NCBI GenBank assembly: GCA_030390025.1
Contig: CM059440.1
Coordinates: 28,520,001-28,584,000, forward strand
DNA from: Squalus acanthias
Lineage: Eukaryota
Direction: 5' to 3'
Length of the DNA stretch: 64,000 nucleotides
Shown here one piece after another: positions 32,675 through 45,283 of the stretch (positions are counted from its first letter, which is position 1; every line of letters starts with the position of its first letter). A model generated the notes under the pieces. The model did not search any database. It was not told the DNA's origin and worked only from the letters and a program-made list of their open reading frames with translations. The position numbers and the translations under genes are program-made.

Positions 32675-33974
32675 GTCTGTGAGTGTTTCATTCCCGTTTT
32701 TCCTTGTAATCTGCAAAAGCCCCATTTTGATTCTGTGTTCTGAAACATTTCCAAAAATTTCTTTCAGGCAAATGAGCATGAAAATCTAGTGGAACAATTC
32801 CTCAATCTTATTGATAAAATAACCTAAAATATAACCAACAATTTTATTAATTATTAATCAAGTGTAACTTCCTTACCAGTGTATTTATATTGCCTTGAAC
32901 ACACAATAGTTAATGATAAGAGTCAGCCCTTAACTGTACCTGCATGCCCTTTCTGAATGGGTGGGGTGCAGGAAGAATGAGAACATAAGAAAATAGATTT
33001 TGAAAATCTCCACGTTCAAGTTTAACAGTTGATGTTTAACAACAAGAGCTATTATTTCAATGGAGTATGCCAAGAAGAATACGCATAAGAAATTTCTCCT
33101 CGCCCCTTTCCGTACCAAGAGATTGAGGAGAGAAATCAGAATAAACTTCTTAAAGTAGAGTTGTTAGAATAGGGAATGCTTTGCCACAGGAAGTAGTTGA
33201 GGCAGAAACCATTTTTTTAAGGGAAAGGTGGATAAATATTTGAAGCAAAGATAGAGGACTATGAGGAGAGAGCAAGACCGTGGGATTAGTTTTGGATTGC
33301 TCTAACAAAGAGTAGGCACAGACACATTGGGGCGAATGGCCTCCTTCTGTGCTCTAACCTTTTATTGACCTACGGATGCAGTATCAGGTTCACTTTGCAG
33401 TGCTGCCTGGATGTAATGCATTTTCTTCCTGGTTTGGAGCGTACCGTTTGACCGTGTTCATTCGTGCTCTAACGTAGTCTAGGATGGATTTAGTCCAGCA
33501 CAAATTTTGTAGAGCAAGTAGGATTTAGGGGAGCTGAGCTGTTGCTTACTGGATTACTTGGCTCTAGTGTTTCCCAACAGCTTTCTTTCTCTTAAAGTAA
33601 GATAAAACCACTTCTGGTTGATTTCCCAGCTATCTGTGTGAGCCAGTTCCTATCCTGTTCCTGCCCACAAGTCTATAAATGCACCATGAAAAGAGCCCCC
33701 ATGGCTCAGTGAGTAAATGCACTATGCGGTGTTGTACTGAGCCATGCAGAACAGAACATCCAAGTTTCATTCCTGGTCTTTTAAGTCAGCCATTTCCCAC
33801 CCTGATTTCTGTTCAGTGACCTGCAAAGTGTGCAGGTGTGGATATTGGGTGAAGAGTAAGACCCAATCGGGGTTGGCTGTGATGATCTACTGGCCTACTG
33901 ACGCTCACTGCTAAGGGTCACATGTAAATTGGCACTTGGGTGTGGTATTAAAAGATTGTCAGTGTCTGTGAAAC

Positions 33975-34610
33975 CATGGACCAGCCACATAAATACTGTG
34001 GCAACAAGAGCAGGTCAGAGGCTGGGTATTCTGCGGCGAATGTCTCACTTCCTGACTCCCCAAAGCCTTTCCACCATCTACAAGGCATAAGTCAGGAGTG
34101 TGATGGAATACTCTCCACTTGCCTGGATGAGTGCAGCTCCAACAACACTCAAGAAGCTTGACACCATCCAGGACACAGCAGCCCACTTGATTGGCACCCC
34201 ATCCACCACCTTAAACATTCACACCCTTCACCACCGGCGTACCGTGGCTGCAGTGTGTACCATCTACAAGATGCACTGCAGCAACTCGCCAAGGCTTCTT
34301 CGGCAGCACCTCCCAAACCCGCAACCTCTTCCACCTAGAAGGACAAGGGCAGCAGGCGCATGGGAACAACACCACCTCCAAGTTCCCCTCCAAGTTCCCC
34401 TCCAAGTCACACACCATCCTGACTTAGAAGTATATCGCCGTCCCTTCATCGTCGCTGGGTCAAAATCCTGGAACTCCCTAACAGCACTGTGGATTGCAGC
34501 AGTTCAAGAAGGCGGCTCACCACCACCTTCTCCAGGGCAATTAGGGATGGGCAATAAATGCTGGCCTTGCCAGCGACGCCTACATCCCATAAACAAATTT
34601 TAAAAAAAAA
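33975..34610 (+). mobile_element. LINE family A 3' fragment with the end of ORF2
   Basis: MEYSPLAWMSAAPTTLKKLDTIQD..AAHLI peptide typical of the CR1/L2-group ORF2 C-terminus; A-tail. Confidence 0.88.
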
Positions 34611-34740
34611 CAAGTATCTTTGGAAAATAAATAATTTAAAAAATCCAGTGTGAAGGAAGTCATCTTCCGTGACAGTACTGTGAATTAAATATTTTACCCA
34701 TTTTAAAAAATATAACTTTTACTGTGCTGTAAATTTGCAG

Positions 34741-34890
34741 GTTTTAGTGAAACTGGATGGCGGAGTTGGTTTGTCGCTGGTTAACAAAATCCCTGAGGAA
34801 TTGGTGTTTACCACTTTAACAGGGATAGATGTTCATTACACGCAGACTGCCACCAGTCAGATGCTGGAGGTCAGCATTCAGGATGTACAG
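34741..34890 (+). CDS. VPS13D: VPS13D exon (VLVKLDGGVGLSLVNKIPEELVF...SIQDVQ)
   Basis: ttgcag acceptor, gtaatg donor; 150 nt, phase 0-0. Confidence 0.96.
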
Positions 34891-35494
34891 GTAATGAAGC
34901 GTCTTTTAACAATACACTTTCATATTGTACAAAGGTTAACATTCTGAAGCCCCGTCCAGGATATTTTGAAAACAAATCCAAAAATGGTATGGAAGGCAGA
35001 GTGGTTGAAAGGATTGCAAGCTGCCTTCTGGCAGTATGGGTATGCAAGATGCAGGTTCAAGCCTGGGCAAGGAAGTAGCAAATAGCTCAGGTGACTGGCT
35101 GGAGCATGAGAGAGAACCATCGACATAGAGGGGTGGGGCAGCAATAGGAAGATTTGTTCTGCCTTTATGCTGCTGTAAATTTCTATGGTTCAGTAGCAGA
35201 GAAAGATACAAGGCCATGGGGAGAGAGTGGGGCAGTGCGATTAGTTTTGGATTGCTCTAGCAAAGAGCCGACAGAGGCATAATGGGCCGAATGGCCATCA
35301 CCTGTGCTGTAAATTGTTATGGCTCTATGGGATCAGTTCTGATGCCCCCATGATCGAACAGTCTGCCAACATTTGCTATCTAGGTTCTTGCATGAAGAAT
35401 CTCAACTTGGATAGGGTGCTGTGGGGTTATCGCCATCTGTGGAACCGTATCGCAGCGAGTGTTCAGATCATTCAGGATGGGGGGAATGAGATAA

Positions 35495-35635
35495 CAACAG
35501 AAAATGCTGGAAATACTCAGCAGGCTAGGCAGCACCTGTGGAGAGAGAAACAGAGTTAACGTTTCAGGTCTGGGACCCTTCATCAGAACTGGAAAAAGCT
35601 GGAGATGTAACAGATATTAAGCAGGTGCAGAGACC
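35495..35635 (-). mobile_element. Penelope terminal-repeat fragment
   Basis: Near-identical to 58962-59066. Confidence 0.75.
35554..35590 (-). ncRNA. Candidate minimal type I hammerhead ribozyme motif
   Basis: Minus strand AGTT-CTGATGA-A-GGGTC-CCA-GACCT-GAAA-CG-TT-AACT. Confidence 0.55.
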
Positions 35636-35899
35636 GGGGGGGGGGGGGGGGGGGGGGGTTTAGCAAATCCTCATGACTTGTTTCTACCCTTCATCAGCTT
35701 GCATGTTGTTTTGTTGAGAAATGGTCTTGATCATATGAAACTCCACTAAAAGGGGTGTGGAATCCGTTAGGTTTGTAGGCGAAAGAGCACTTCTTTGGAA
35801 AATCTTATTTGTTCATACAAGGAAAAAGGCCAAAGTATTTTTGTTTTATTATTAAATATTAAATGCTACTAAGACTTTTGTTTCTTTCTGTACTTCAAG

Positions 35900-36055
35900 A
35901 TTGATAACCAGCTCTTGGGAACAACGCAGCCTGTGATACTCTCTCTGACCCCCAACAGCCTTGAAAGTGAAACAGAAAGCATTGAATCAGGCCCTGCTGT
36001 TCAGATCAATGCAATGAAGATCCCCAGCAAGAGTGCACTGACTGAACTCTTCAAG
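35900..36055 (+). CDS. VPS13D: VPS13D exon (IDNQLLGTTQPV...PSKSALTELFK)
   Basis: ttcaag acceptor (AAG), gtgtgt donor; 156 nt, phase 0-0. Confidence 0.93.
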
Positions 36056-38597
36056 GTGTGTGCCCAATAAAGCAGCTGTCTTAAGTATTCTGAATGCTGA
36101 TCTGTTCTGTATTGTATAGTGAAATGCACAATAACACGGAGAATTACATAGCATGTACAGCACAGAAACAGGCCATTCGTCCCAACTTGTCCATGCTCCA
36201 CACGAGCTTCCTCCCGCCCCCCTCCATCCAACTCTATCAACACCTTTAATACTGAGCTTAGATAGGCTTTTAATACAAGTAAGATCTGAATCAAACATTT
36301 ATTGTTGGGACTGATGTCCAGTTGTCTCTTGTTTCACTGTATAAGGCCCAAAGCTTTGCCTTCAATAATGGGTTGCTTTAAACATTCAAGTAGCCTCCAA
36401 CAAAGCAGAATAGACTTCTAGCCCCAACTGCCTCATTTGCAGAGGTACCACGTGATGTAAAACAAAGCTGTGTAGACTAGAAGGCTTCAGGTTTGATCCC
36501 CAGGCTGAGTTAGCTGATCTTAGCTGGGACACCAGTTGGGGTGCTATAGTTCATCTTAGCATCCCTAAATAGAGGAACACTCAGCCAGGGTTTCTGCACG
36601 ACCGACCGCCAGCCAGTGGCCCCCGGAAGAAAATGCACGGGTGTGGATGTCAGGTGAGGACAGGATCAGATTTGGCTGTGATGCACTAACATAGCTGAAT
36701 AGCCTGCCAACATGCCATCTAGCATGTGAAACCTATTGGAGGGCTTCCAATTCCAACACCTATGAAGCCTTGATGAGGGGAGAAAAGTGACTTCTAACAC
36801 CAACCTGATTGTGCACTTCCCTAGTGGTCACCAGGTGGCGATGACAACCTGTGCGATCCACCCAAAGCATGACATCCGTGTTCATGGAATCCAAAGGCGC
36901 CCCCATCTTACATGTCCGCGTAACCATCCAGGCTCTGGTGTACCAACAGCAAGTAAGGAAAGGTTGCTTTATCCTGCAGTCTCAGGCAAAAGCATCAGCC
37001 CAAAGCAATGATATCGTCTTGTCCTTGGAAACACTTGGCATTGACGAGGCTGTCCGCTCTAACTCATTTAAATTAAGACTCACTCCTACTGGTGGGTATC
37101 ATTCCTAGAAAGGAACACAGCTCCATGTATTTAAATGGATCTGCAATCTGTCTCACTCCTTTTTGATCATAAAATCTCCCATTTTCCTGGTATTGCCAGC
37201 TCTGAACACTGATTAAGTGCAGGCGGCAGTCCCATTCCAGGGCTGTGTTCATAGTCCAGCATTGGTGTCAAGTAACCGAAAACCGGCAGATAGGATTTTA
37301 TTCTAGTAGGTCCCTTCGCTGGCAGGAGTTCGCCTTATAAAACTGGCTTGGAGTGACGTCCATGCTAGATTCACTTGGGCAATAACACCATAGTGTAAAA
37401 GGAGCTTTAACTTTACTTAAAGCAATTATTTTAATGTTGTTTCCTTTCCAGAAGGGACTGTCTCATGCTGCAGACAATTCCTCAAGTGCAGGCAGCCCTG
37501 ATACTTTACCCAAGAGGCTAGTCTTAATATGTGAGCCGAGACATTAAGTATCAACAAGCAATTTGACTTTGAAGGGCATCACAGCTGAGCCCAAACCTGT
37601 CACTATACATTGGCATGCCAACATTTTTCAGCGGGGTTACTGGATTGGAATTGAGCATGAACCTTGGCTGACTCCCCTCCCCTTGCCCCTTACCCTGCAA
37701 TAATGAGGCCAATTACACTTCAGCTGCTGCCTTTGCTGAAATCAATCAGCTCAGCACAGGCTTAGAGATCAAATGTTAACAGCTCAATTCACCAGGAATC
37801 AAACTTCTAGCTATAGAACTTAGAAGTTTTTAGCACTTCTCATTCTGCCATACCCCATGTCTTTAGTTTTGCTTGTGTTACAAGAACCCTGAGTTTAAAC
37901 TTTCCCGCCCCCATCACCATGACCTTGTAAAATCTGACAAGAGTTCCTGATTGTAGTTTGTGCTGCATGCCTATGTGTCTGCAGAATAAATGCAAGCAAA
38001 TTCTTTGGACTCCTCAGCAGTATATCAAGTGATTGCAGGGATCCCTAGTACCACGGGCCTCGGGTGCAATGTCTGGTGTTTAGGTTTACACCACCAGAAA
38101 TTATGACCAAATTCTGAGTCCTTAGAAATAGGGTGCAGTGTTGCAGTGCATCATTTTCTTGATTTTTTTTGCCCTAGTTTCCTGATATCACCCCATTCCT
38201 ACACAAAAAAGCTCATCATTGTTAAACAGTAGCAGTGTGGTAGGAAGCAGATCTACATTCCCCACATAGCCTGTTAGGCCTCAGGGGTGGCATCCAGTGG
38301 AAAGCAAGCACTTCCCCCACACCAAGAGCAGGAAAATCTGTCACTATCTGGTAACCAGTTACAGAGACTTAAGGATTTAGGAACAGGGTGCCTACCCCGA
38401 TTCTATTTAGAAAATATGCTTTGGAGAGGGGTGAGAAAAACAACCTAAGAGAGTGGAGAAAACACTTGAAACTAGAGATGCTGAAACTAAATTAGTAATC
38501 ACGAAAGTGTGTTGGGGTTGGCTGCCAAAGAAATAATTTGTAATGTTTTATTAGGTTCTCGTATTTAGTGTGACTGGTTATATTTCTGTATCTGCAG

Positions 38598-38694
38598 CAT
38601 CTCATGATCACAGTGCGGAAGCTGACAGTTCAAATCGAAGAGAAACTTTTGCTGAAGCTGCTGCGCTTCTTTGGCTTGGGGCAATTGGACCAAG
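38598..38694 (+). CDS. VPS13D: VPS13D exon (HLMITVRKLTVQIEEKLLLKLLRFFG...)
   Basis: ctgcag acceptor, gtacga donor; 97 nt, phase 0-1. Confidence 0.95.
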
Positions 38695-41304
38695 GTACGA
38701 GATATAAACCAGGTGGCTGATGTTACTCGGGTGCCCAGTACAAAAACTGCTGCAGATTGTCCCATTGCATGTTAACATTGAAACCTGCAAACTGCACAAG
38801 GTTGCCTGTTGCAGTATGTTGACGTACTGGTGCGTTGTTCAAAGGGGGTAGCATGAGTTCATAGGCACTGCTTACCAAGATTGTGTTCTCCGTTTTACCT
38901 GGCCATTTCTTGGGAAGTCCAAGAGAGGTAATGGAATGGTACACCCTAGGATAAATGAGCCCACCGCAGTGTTCTCCAGTAACAGTGGCCTCTAGACGTA
39001 GACAGGTATTTGAAAGCAGGTTTATTTTATTTCTCCTAGTTTTGGAGTGATACAGATTACTACAAAGGACATTTAAAAGTTTAGTTTTTTTTCCATTTTT
39101 GATTTGTGTAAAAGCTAGCACTCGTAGAATTGGTGAATATTGCCCTCTGTATTCATAGGATTACCTCCCTTTTGGAGAGAAGGGAAATTGGAGGGAGAGT
39201 TCAGTGTTGCCTCAAGGATTTTTAGTAAAGAGCAATGGTGGGTGTGTGAAATTTTCTACTTGAACTGTGAAAAACACACAACTGCACCATTATAGATTTT
39301 GTCCTTCCACATTTGGGTTGTATCTGGAAAGAGTATTTTGAGCTGTATTACACAAAGGTGTAAAATACTGGTAGGGTACAGTCTGTCATGTGGTGGCAGT
39401 GGTTGGAACAATTTGAAATGATGAATTAAAAGTGGGTTAGCTTAAGTACAACTTAGTACCAGTACGCTAAATAAGCCTAAGAACAGCTCTGGAATTGTTC
39501 CTGAGCTACTGCCACTTGCCTCTTCTCAGCTGACTTGAAAGCACTGTTGGAAGAGATCTAGGTGCAGTCGCTCACCTATCCTCTCACACATGAGCAATGA
39601 GACACGAAACTTTCATCATGGGGTACCAAAAGAGGAGAAAAAAATTATAGGCTTGCAAATTAAACCATGTAGAAAGATTCATCATGGCGTTTGTCGATGC
39701 TGTCTCAAAAAATGGAGAGAAAATTCAGCCCTTTCTGCTGTACATTCCTACTAATTACCTTCTTCAAATTTTATTTGTAATTTGGTCTTTCAAGTTCAAG
39801 TAAATGGTGTTAATAAAGTGTACACACTATGCTGTGCCCTGAATCTCTCGGAAGAGCATCCCCCCCTTAAGCATCTGTGTTAATATTTTGTTTTCCCATA
39901 TCGGTCATCCTTTTTCCCCTTCTGAGAGTGCCAATTAATGTTCATTTAGGGTTAGTTTTAAGCTGTGAGCCCACACACATCCAGAGTTGCACTGAGACAA
40001 CCCCAGTTTATTTTGCTTAGGACGTACTGCAGGCAGTGAGCAGCAATTTTCATTCAGTCTGACTGAATTTGAACTCCTATCTCAGAGGTGAAAAGTTCGT
40101 ACTCTTAAGTCAAGTCAATGATCTAGTTCCTTTGTAAATATATTTATTCATTGTTTGTAATGTTTCAAAATCAAGAAATTTGTGTATCAGGAAGCTTTAA
40201 TTAACTCCAGTTGAAAGTGCACATGGAGAGCAGAGGACTGCAGTCTCCCTGAAGAGTTCAATAGTTTAGGCTCCTAATTGTCCAGCTAACCCTTTGTTTA
40301 CCTTTTCTGGCTTCAGGATGCTTAGTGTTTGTGATTTTAATTATTTGTACAATCCAGTTTTACCAGATATTTAAGAACACATATTTAAGTGCATATCTCA
40401 CTACAACAATTACAACAATTTAGCATGAATCATTGTCATTCCACAAGATGGTTTCATTTACATTTAATTTATATTGAAATGTATGTAGCATAGAATAATT
40501 TATCTGCAGGCTGCCCTGATACCTAAGAGCTTTTGAAGTGATGCCAGCAGGCTGGGTGGTAAGAGGTTTCCGGATGTACCACCGATTGAGCATTTTTATG
40601 ACGGAAAGGGAATCACAGCCACACCTCTCTTCCTCACTTCACCTGACAGCCACAGGGGTACGCTTCCAGCAGGACCTCCGAGTGGTGATCAGGAGTTAAT
40701 TTTTCGTCCTCTTTCCTTTTCCCCTTTGAGCTTAGGGAGGCTGAGGTCAACTAACTCAACACACAATGGAAGTTGAACCTCGGGTCTTCTGAGTCTGTGT
40801 GGCTTTACTTGCTGAGCCATTAGCAGAGCTGTTCAAGGACTTTTCTTAAATTAGAATGACTTTTGTTAGAAAACCATGAAACAGATTTACATATATTCCC
40901 ATTTCTACTCTGTAATAACCCTGTCTGTAATATTTTGTAAGCGTGCATTTTCTTATCAATCAGAATCTCCAGTGGAGGGGTTCGTATGGTTCATATACAG
41001 TGGAGGTGTCCAGAGCAGGGCCATTTCCAAACCTTGAATCCCGGCAATCCAGCCCACAAGCACAAGTCTAGTTATGCTTATCTTCTCGCTGGTTTGTCCT
41101 ATTTGTATTTCTTGGCCTGGAGGTTTAGAAGGGGCTGTTTTGGGGGGTGTGGAATCTGTTCATATCAGCAGCTTGAGATATATGCAAACTGAGGGAACAT
41201 GGATTTAAACTTTATATGTGACCTACAGAGCTCTGTGGTATGCAACTATGTGGCCCATGAAGGTAAAAAGCTTGGACACTCCTGTTGTATGAAATAGTGA
41301 ATAT

Positions 41305-41417
41305 CTGGAGCGAGTTACAGGCTGGAATCTAATTGAGGGGCTTGGATGGTTTATATATATATAGAATAACAGATATGCAGGAATGAGTTACAGGCTGAAA
41401 TCTAATTGAGGGGTTCA
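41305..41417. repeat. About 1.5-2 copies of a roughly 70-bp tandem unit
   Basis: GAGTTACAGGCTG(G/A)AATCTAATTGAGGGG occurs twice. Confidence 0.75.
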
Positions 41418-42499
41418 AAAGAGTTCTGTAGCTTCTTTCTGAATCTTACGGTTAATTAGCTGCCTTGAAACCACTCTAGGATATGTTAATCGTTATAATC
41501 CATGCTGTAAAATTTACAGGGTAGTTTCATTAAATTTTAATTCTAGCAGTGGCACTCATTATGGATCCTAACTGCCAGCATACTTCACTTCATTGATATT
41601 CACCCAGAAGGATCAAGGCTTTTAACGTTGCCACTGACAGATTGAAAAATCATTTATAATTTAATTAGTCACAAATTCCATGGCCAGTTTATATGACTGT
41701 ATGCCTGGAAGGCAAGATCTTTAGTCTATTGCTCGACTGGGAAATCATCTAAATATAGACCCACAGAGAAACTTAAACAAGTACAGATGCAGTTTGAAGT
41801 TCTGTCTTAAACTGACAACCCCTTCTGTGTATAATTGCATGTTTTCCTCTATTATACCATGTCGTCTGATCCTTGGGACAGTCGCGATGTGATTTGGAGG
41901 GTTAAGATTCCCTCGTGCAGGGAATGGTCTCCTATGCCGTAAATTTCTATGGTTCTATGGAGGCCAGAAGATAAGTCTTCCCCTCCCTCCTCTTGTTTGT
42001 CCACCAGCAAATTGCAACCGCATAACGTGGCTGCATAAGTGCACGGGTTCTTGGACAGGATGGAGGGAATCTGTTGCAGTATGGTAGCGGTGAATTCTAC
42101 AGAGTAACCTTTCTAAAAAGAAAACTTTTAGATTAGCTCACTTTGATCCTTTATAGTAAAGATCCTGTTAGTAAATTGCTAGGTGCGTGAGGATTGTGTT
42201 TAATTGAAATCAGCATTATTTAATGATTGCTTGATATCAATTTAAAATGCTTGTCATCATAGTAATATGGTGCTGAAAACTTTTATTGCATTATCGTTGA
42301 ACAGCGAGGCTTAAATTTGAGTACGGTATGTGGTTGATAACCATATTTAGCCCTGGCTGTCCTTCGAACAAACAGCTCCATAAACTACCTATTGATTGCA
42401 TTCATTATGCAGGAGCAATTCGTTCCCTCAGCTATGAAGGTCTGACGGGGTCTATTACTTTAAGTAGCCTGTCACTCTATCTCCTTCCTTCCCTCGCAG

Positions 42500-42648
42500 A
42501 TGTAGAAAAGCCAGATGAAAATGCCCCTGAGCAGAGCAGTGAGCAAGGTGGGACAGCAAAGCGCTACTATTTTGAAAACCTCAAACTCAGCATGCCACAA
42601 ATCAAGATGAGCGTGTTTACTTCCAGCAAGTTGCCTGTGGAGCTCAAG
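42500..42648 (+). CDS. VPS13D: VPS13D exon (VEKPDEN...RYYFENLKLSMPQIKMSVFTSSKLPVELK)
   Basis: tcgcag acceptor, gtgagt donor; 149 nt, phase 1-0. Confidence 0.96.
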
Positions 42649-43244
42649 GTGAGTTTCTAAAATCCACACTGTATACATCTTGAACACAAAACAATTCTTT
42701 TTAAAGAGATTTGCTAATGTGGGTGGTCTGTGATTGCCAGAGAGCACCACAATCCTGGCCACTGTAATGGGTCCAGTAAGTTTATTACTTGTGCTAAATA
42801 ATAAATGAAGTAACACATTATAAGCAAGAGATAGCTGAAATACATTCCACTACTATTTGTGAACCCCAGTATCTTACCCTCCTGCTGTATCTTTTGAAAC
42901 GGAGCAGCAACTTCAGACAATAATGCCAGATTCAAGCAGTTCACTTACAGTTTAGTTTGGAGGCAGTGTTTTTATATGTATTTAATTACACAAAATTAAT
43001 TTTTAATTTAAGCCTGTAACTTGGCTTGGGTAGTATGCATTCATGTGTATTCCTTGAATTGGGTGCTTTGTGTTATAATTCTTTGCAGTTGGCTGTGTGG
43101 GGCTCTATAACTCCAGTTATTTCTCAATGAATTTTGTGTATGACAGAGCCTACATAAAGTACCAGAATATAATTCATTTATGGTATTGCTTCCTTCCCCC
43201 TGTTCACCCCACCTCCTTTTTTCACCCCCTTTTCCCCCTCCCCC

Positions 43245-43330
43245 CCTTTCACACACATCCTTTTCACACACATCCTTTTCACACACATCCTTTTCACACA
43301 CATCCTTTTCACACACACCCTTTTCACACC
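43245..43330. repeat. 15-bp minisatellite (CCTTTTCACACACAT)n, about 5.5 copies, in a pyrimidine-rich tract
   Basis: Directly visible tandem array. Confidence 0.95.
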
Positions 43331-44099
43331 CTCCCCTCCCCCTTTTCACCCTCCCTCTTTTTTCACCCTCCCTCCTTTCGCGCCCTCTCCACTGCTCCAA
43401 CCAACTCTACTTCTCTGCTTTCCAAATTGATGTTAGGTTTTGTCTCTTCTCTCTCCTTGCTCCTTTTCTCCCCAACCTTTTTTTAATCCCTGTTTTGATT
43501 GTATTTTGTCTCGAATTGGTGTATGATAACACCTCTTTCTGATGAAATTTATTAAATCCTGGTCACTCTCTTGCTCATGGGGAGTTGAGAACAAATGTGG
43601 TTTTCAGGTGAAGCAGGGTTGGAGAATAGGGGATAATTGGACGAGGGCTTGCGGACATAATTCGGTCCCCATATTAAAGTCATACGCCTGTCCTTAATAT
43701 AAAATCGAAGTATTATATAAAATTATCATTTATAGTTAAATAACAAAACCTAACATCAATTTGGAAAGCAGAGAAGTAGAGTTGGTTGGAGCATAGGAGT
43801 TTCACTGCAGTGCAGGCTGAGGAGCTGAGAGATGAAAAACCAAGGTGCTACATTGCCACCACTGGGGGGGATTATAATTACAGTACAAGTTTATACAGGC
43901 AGTTTACATTATAAATATGGACACAGTAATTTATAATTGGAAAAATTGACAGTGTTGAAAAATTACAAACAGAAAATAAGGTTTTGTCAATTGGAAGTCT
44001 GCGCAGATGTAATCTTCTGATATAGTGTAGATAGATTTGGACATCAATGGAAATTAGTGAAAAGTACATTAAAAAGCACACCTTATTCAGTCCCAGAAA

Positions 44100-44690
44100 T
44101 GTCTCAACATCAATAAACAAAAAGATTATCGGGTCATTATCACATTGCTGTTTGTGGGAGCTTGCTGTGCGCAAATTGGCTACCACGTTTCCTACATTAC
44201 AACAGTGACTACATGTCAAAAGTACTTCATTGGCTGTAAAGCGCTTTGGGACTCCTGAGGTCATGAAAAGAAGCAAGTCTTTTTTTCCCCAAAGTGTTTC
44301 ACATACAATGGATTACTTGCAGGTGTAGTCACTGTAGTTATGTAGCCAAATACAGCAGCTGTTTTCCATTACACAAGATTCCACAAATAGTAATGAGATG
44401 ACTGACCAATTAATCTGTTTTTGGTGGTGTTGGTTAGGGGATCAGGACACTGGGGGAATAGCCTGCTCTTCAAATGGTGCCATGCATTCTTTAGCACCCA
44501 TTTAAACTACTGGTATCAGCAGATAGGGCCTTCCTTAACATTTCATACAAAGGACACCTCTGATCGTGCAGCATTTTCTCAGTACTGCACAGGAATGTCA
44601 GTCTAGAATATATCTTCAGTTCCTAGAGTGGGACTTGACACCCCATCTTCTGACTAAAAGGTGAGAGTGCTATTGACTGAGCCAAGCTGA
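44100..44690. mobile_element. Tail-to-tail pair of Deu-domain SINEs (+ 44100-44285; - 44310-44690)
   Basis: Both match 25367-25821, in opposite orientations. Confidence 0.7.
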
Positions 44691-45148
44691 CAGTAAAATT
44701 TAAGACAGATATCCGAAAGAGATTCAGTGAAATGTTTAGAATAATCTACCAAGGAAGACAAAAGAAGTAAAAACACGGGTTATTCAAATATGCTGTGATC
44801 GGAGGGTTGGGGCACTGGAGGAATGAGCTCTTACGGGTGAGTGGGCTTTTCTTGTCCCTGACATTTTTTAGGTTCTTATCACCGCGTTCAGACTTTTGAC
44901 CTTTGCAAATGACGAGATCAAACTATATGAATCATCCTAATCTCATGATATGTTCGACTCCCAGCTGGCTGTCAATACCAGTTGTCACTAAATAGAGTAA
45001 AAATGACAGGTTGGTTTCCTACAACAGCCTGAAGCACTGCTCTGCCTGTAACATGACATTCCGAGTGAGCGTCCACTGTGAACTCACAGAATTAGTGATC
45101 TTTTGCTGCTGTCATGCAAGTATCAATTTGGTGCTTTTTTTGTTGCAG

Positions 45149-45283
45149 GCTTTGAAGGGCATGCTGGGAATCCGGTTGATCCGGTTTGAGGATGCAGTTA
45201 TTCACATGGATCCGTACACCAGAGTGCACCCGTATGAGACGCAGGAATTTATCATCAATGACATTCTCAAGCACTTTAAGGAG
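45149..45283 (+). CDS. VPS13D: VPS13D exon (ALKGMLGIRLIRFEDAVI...DILKHFKE)
   Basis: ttgcag acceptor, gtgagg donor; 135 nt, phase 0-0. Confidence 0.96.

Noticed and set aside
34100-34603. 167-aa ORF as an independent gene
   Set aside because: It is a LINE ORF2 C-terminal remnant running into the 3' UTR, repeated several times in the window.
35636-35658. Long poly-G run (also 48128-48146) as a G-quadruplex
   Set aside because: Homopolymers at repeat edges; their length may be a sequencing artefact and there is no sign of function.
40086-40099. DR2-like AGGTGA aa AGTTCG
   Set aside because: Imperfect, and it lies within an antisense SINE-head-like sequence.
40998-41284. Possible hAT/Charlie element ending TTGGACACTCCTG
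   Set aside because: The left TIR is degenerate and I found no 8-bp TSD, so it is not supportable as a bounded feature.
43041-43542. ORFs with (CEKDV)n, (HTHPF)n and (SHTSF)n repeats
   Set aside because: These are translations of a 15-bp intronic minisatellite in a low-complexity tract, with no splice or homology support.
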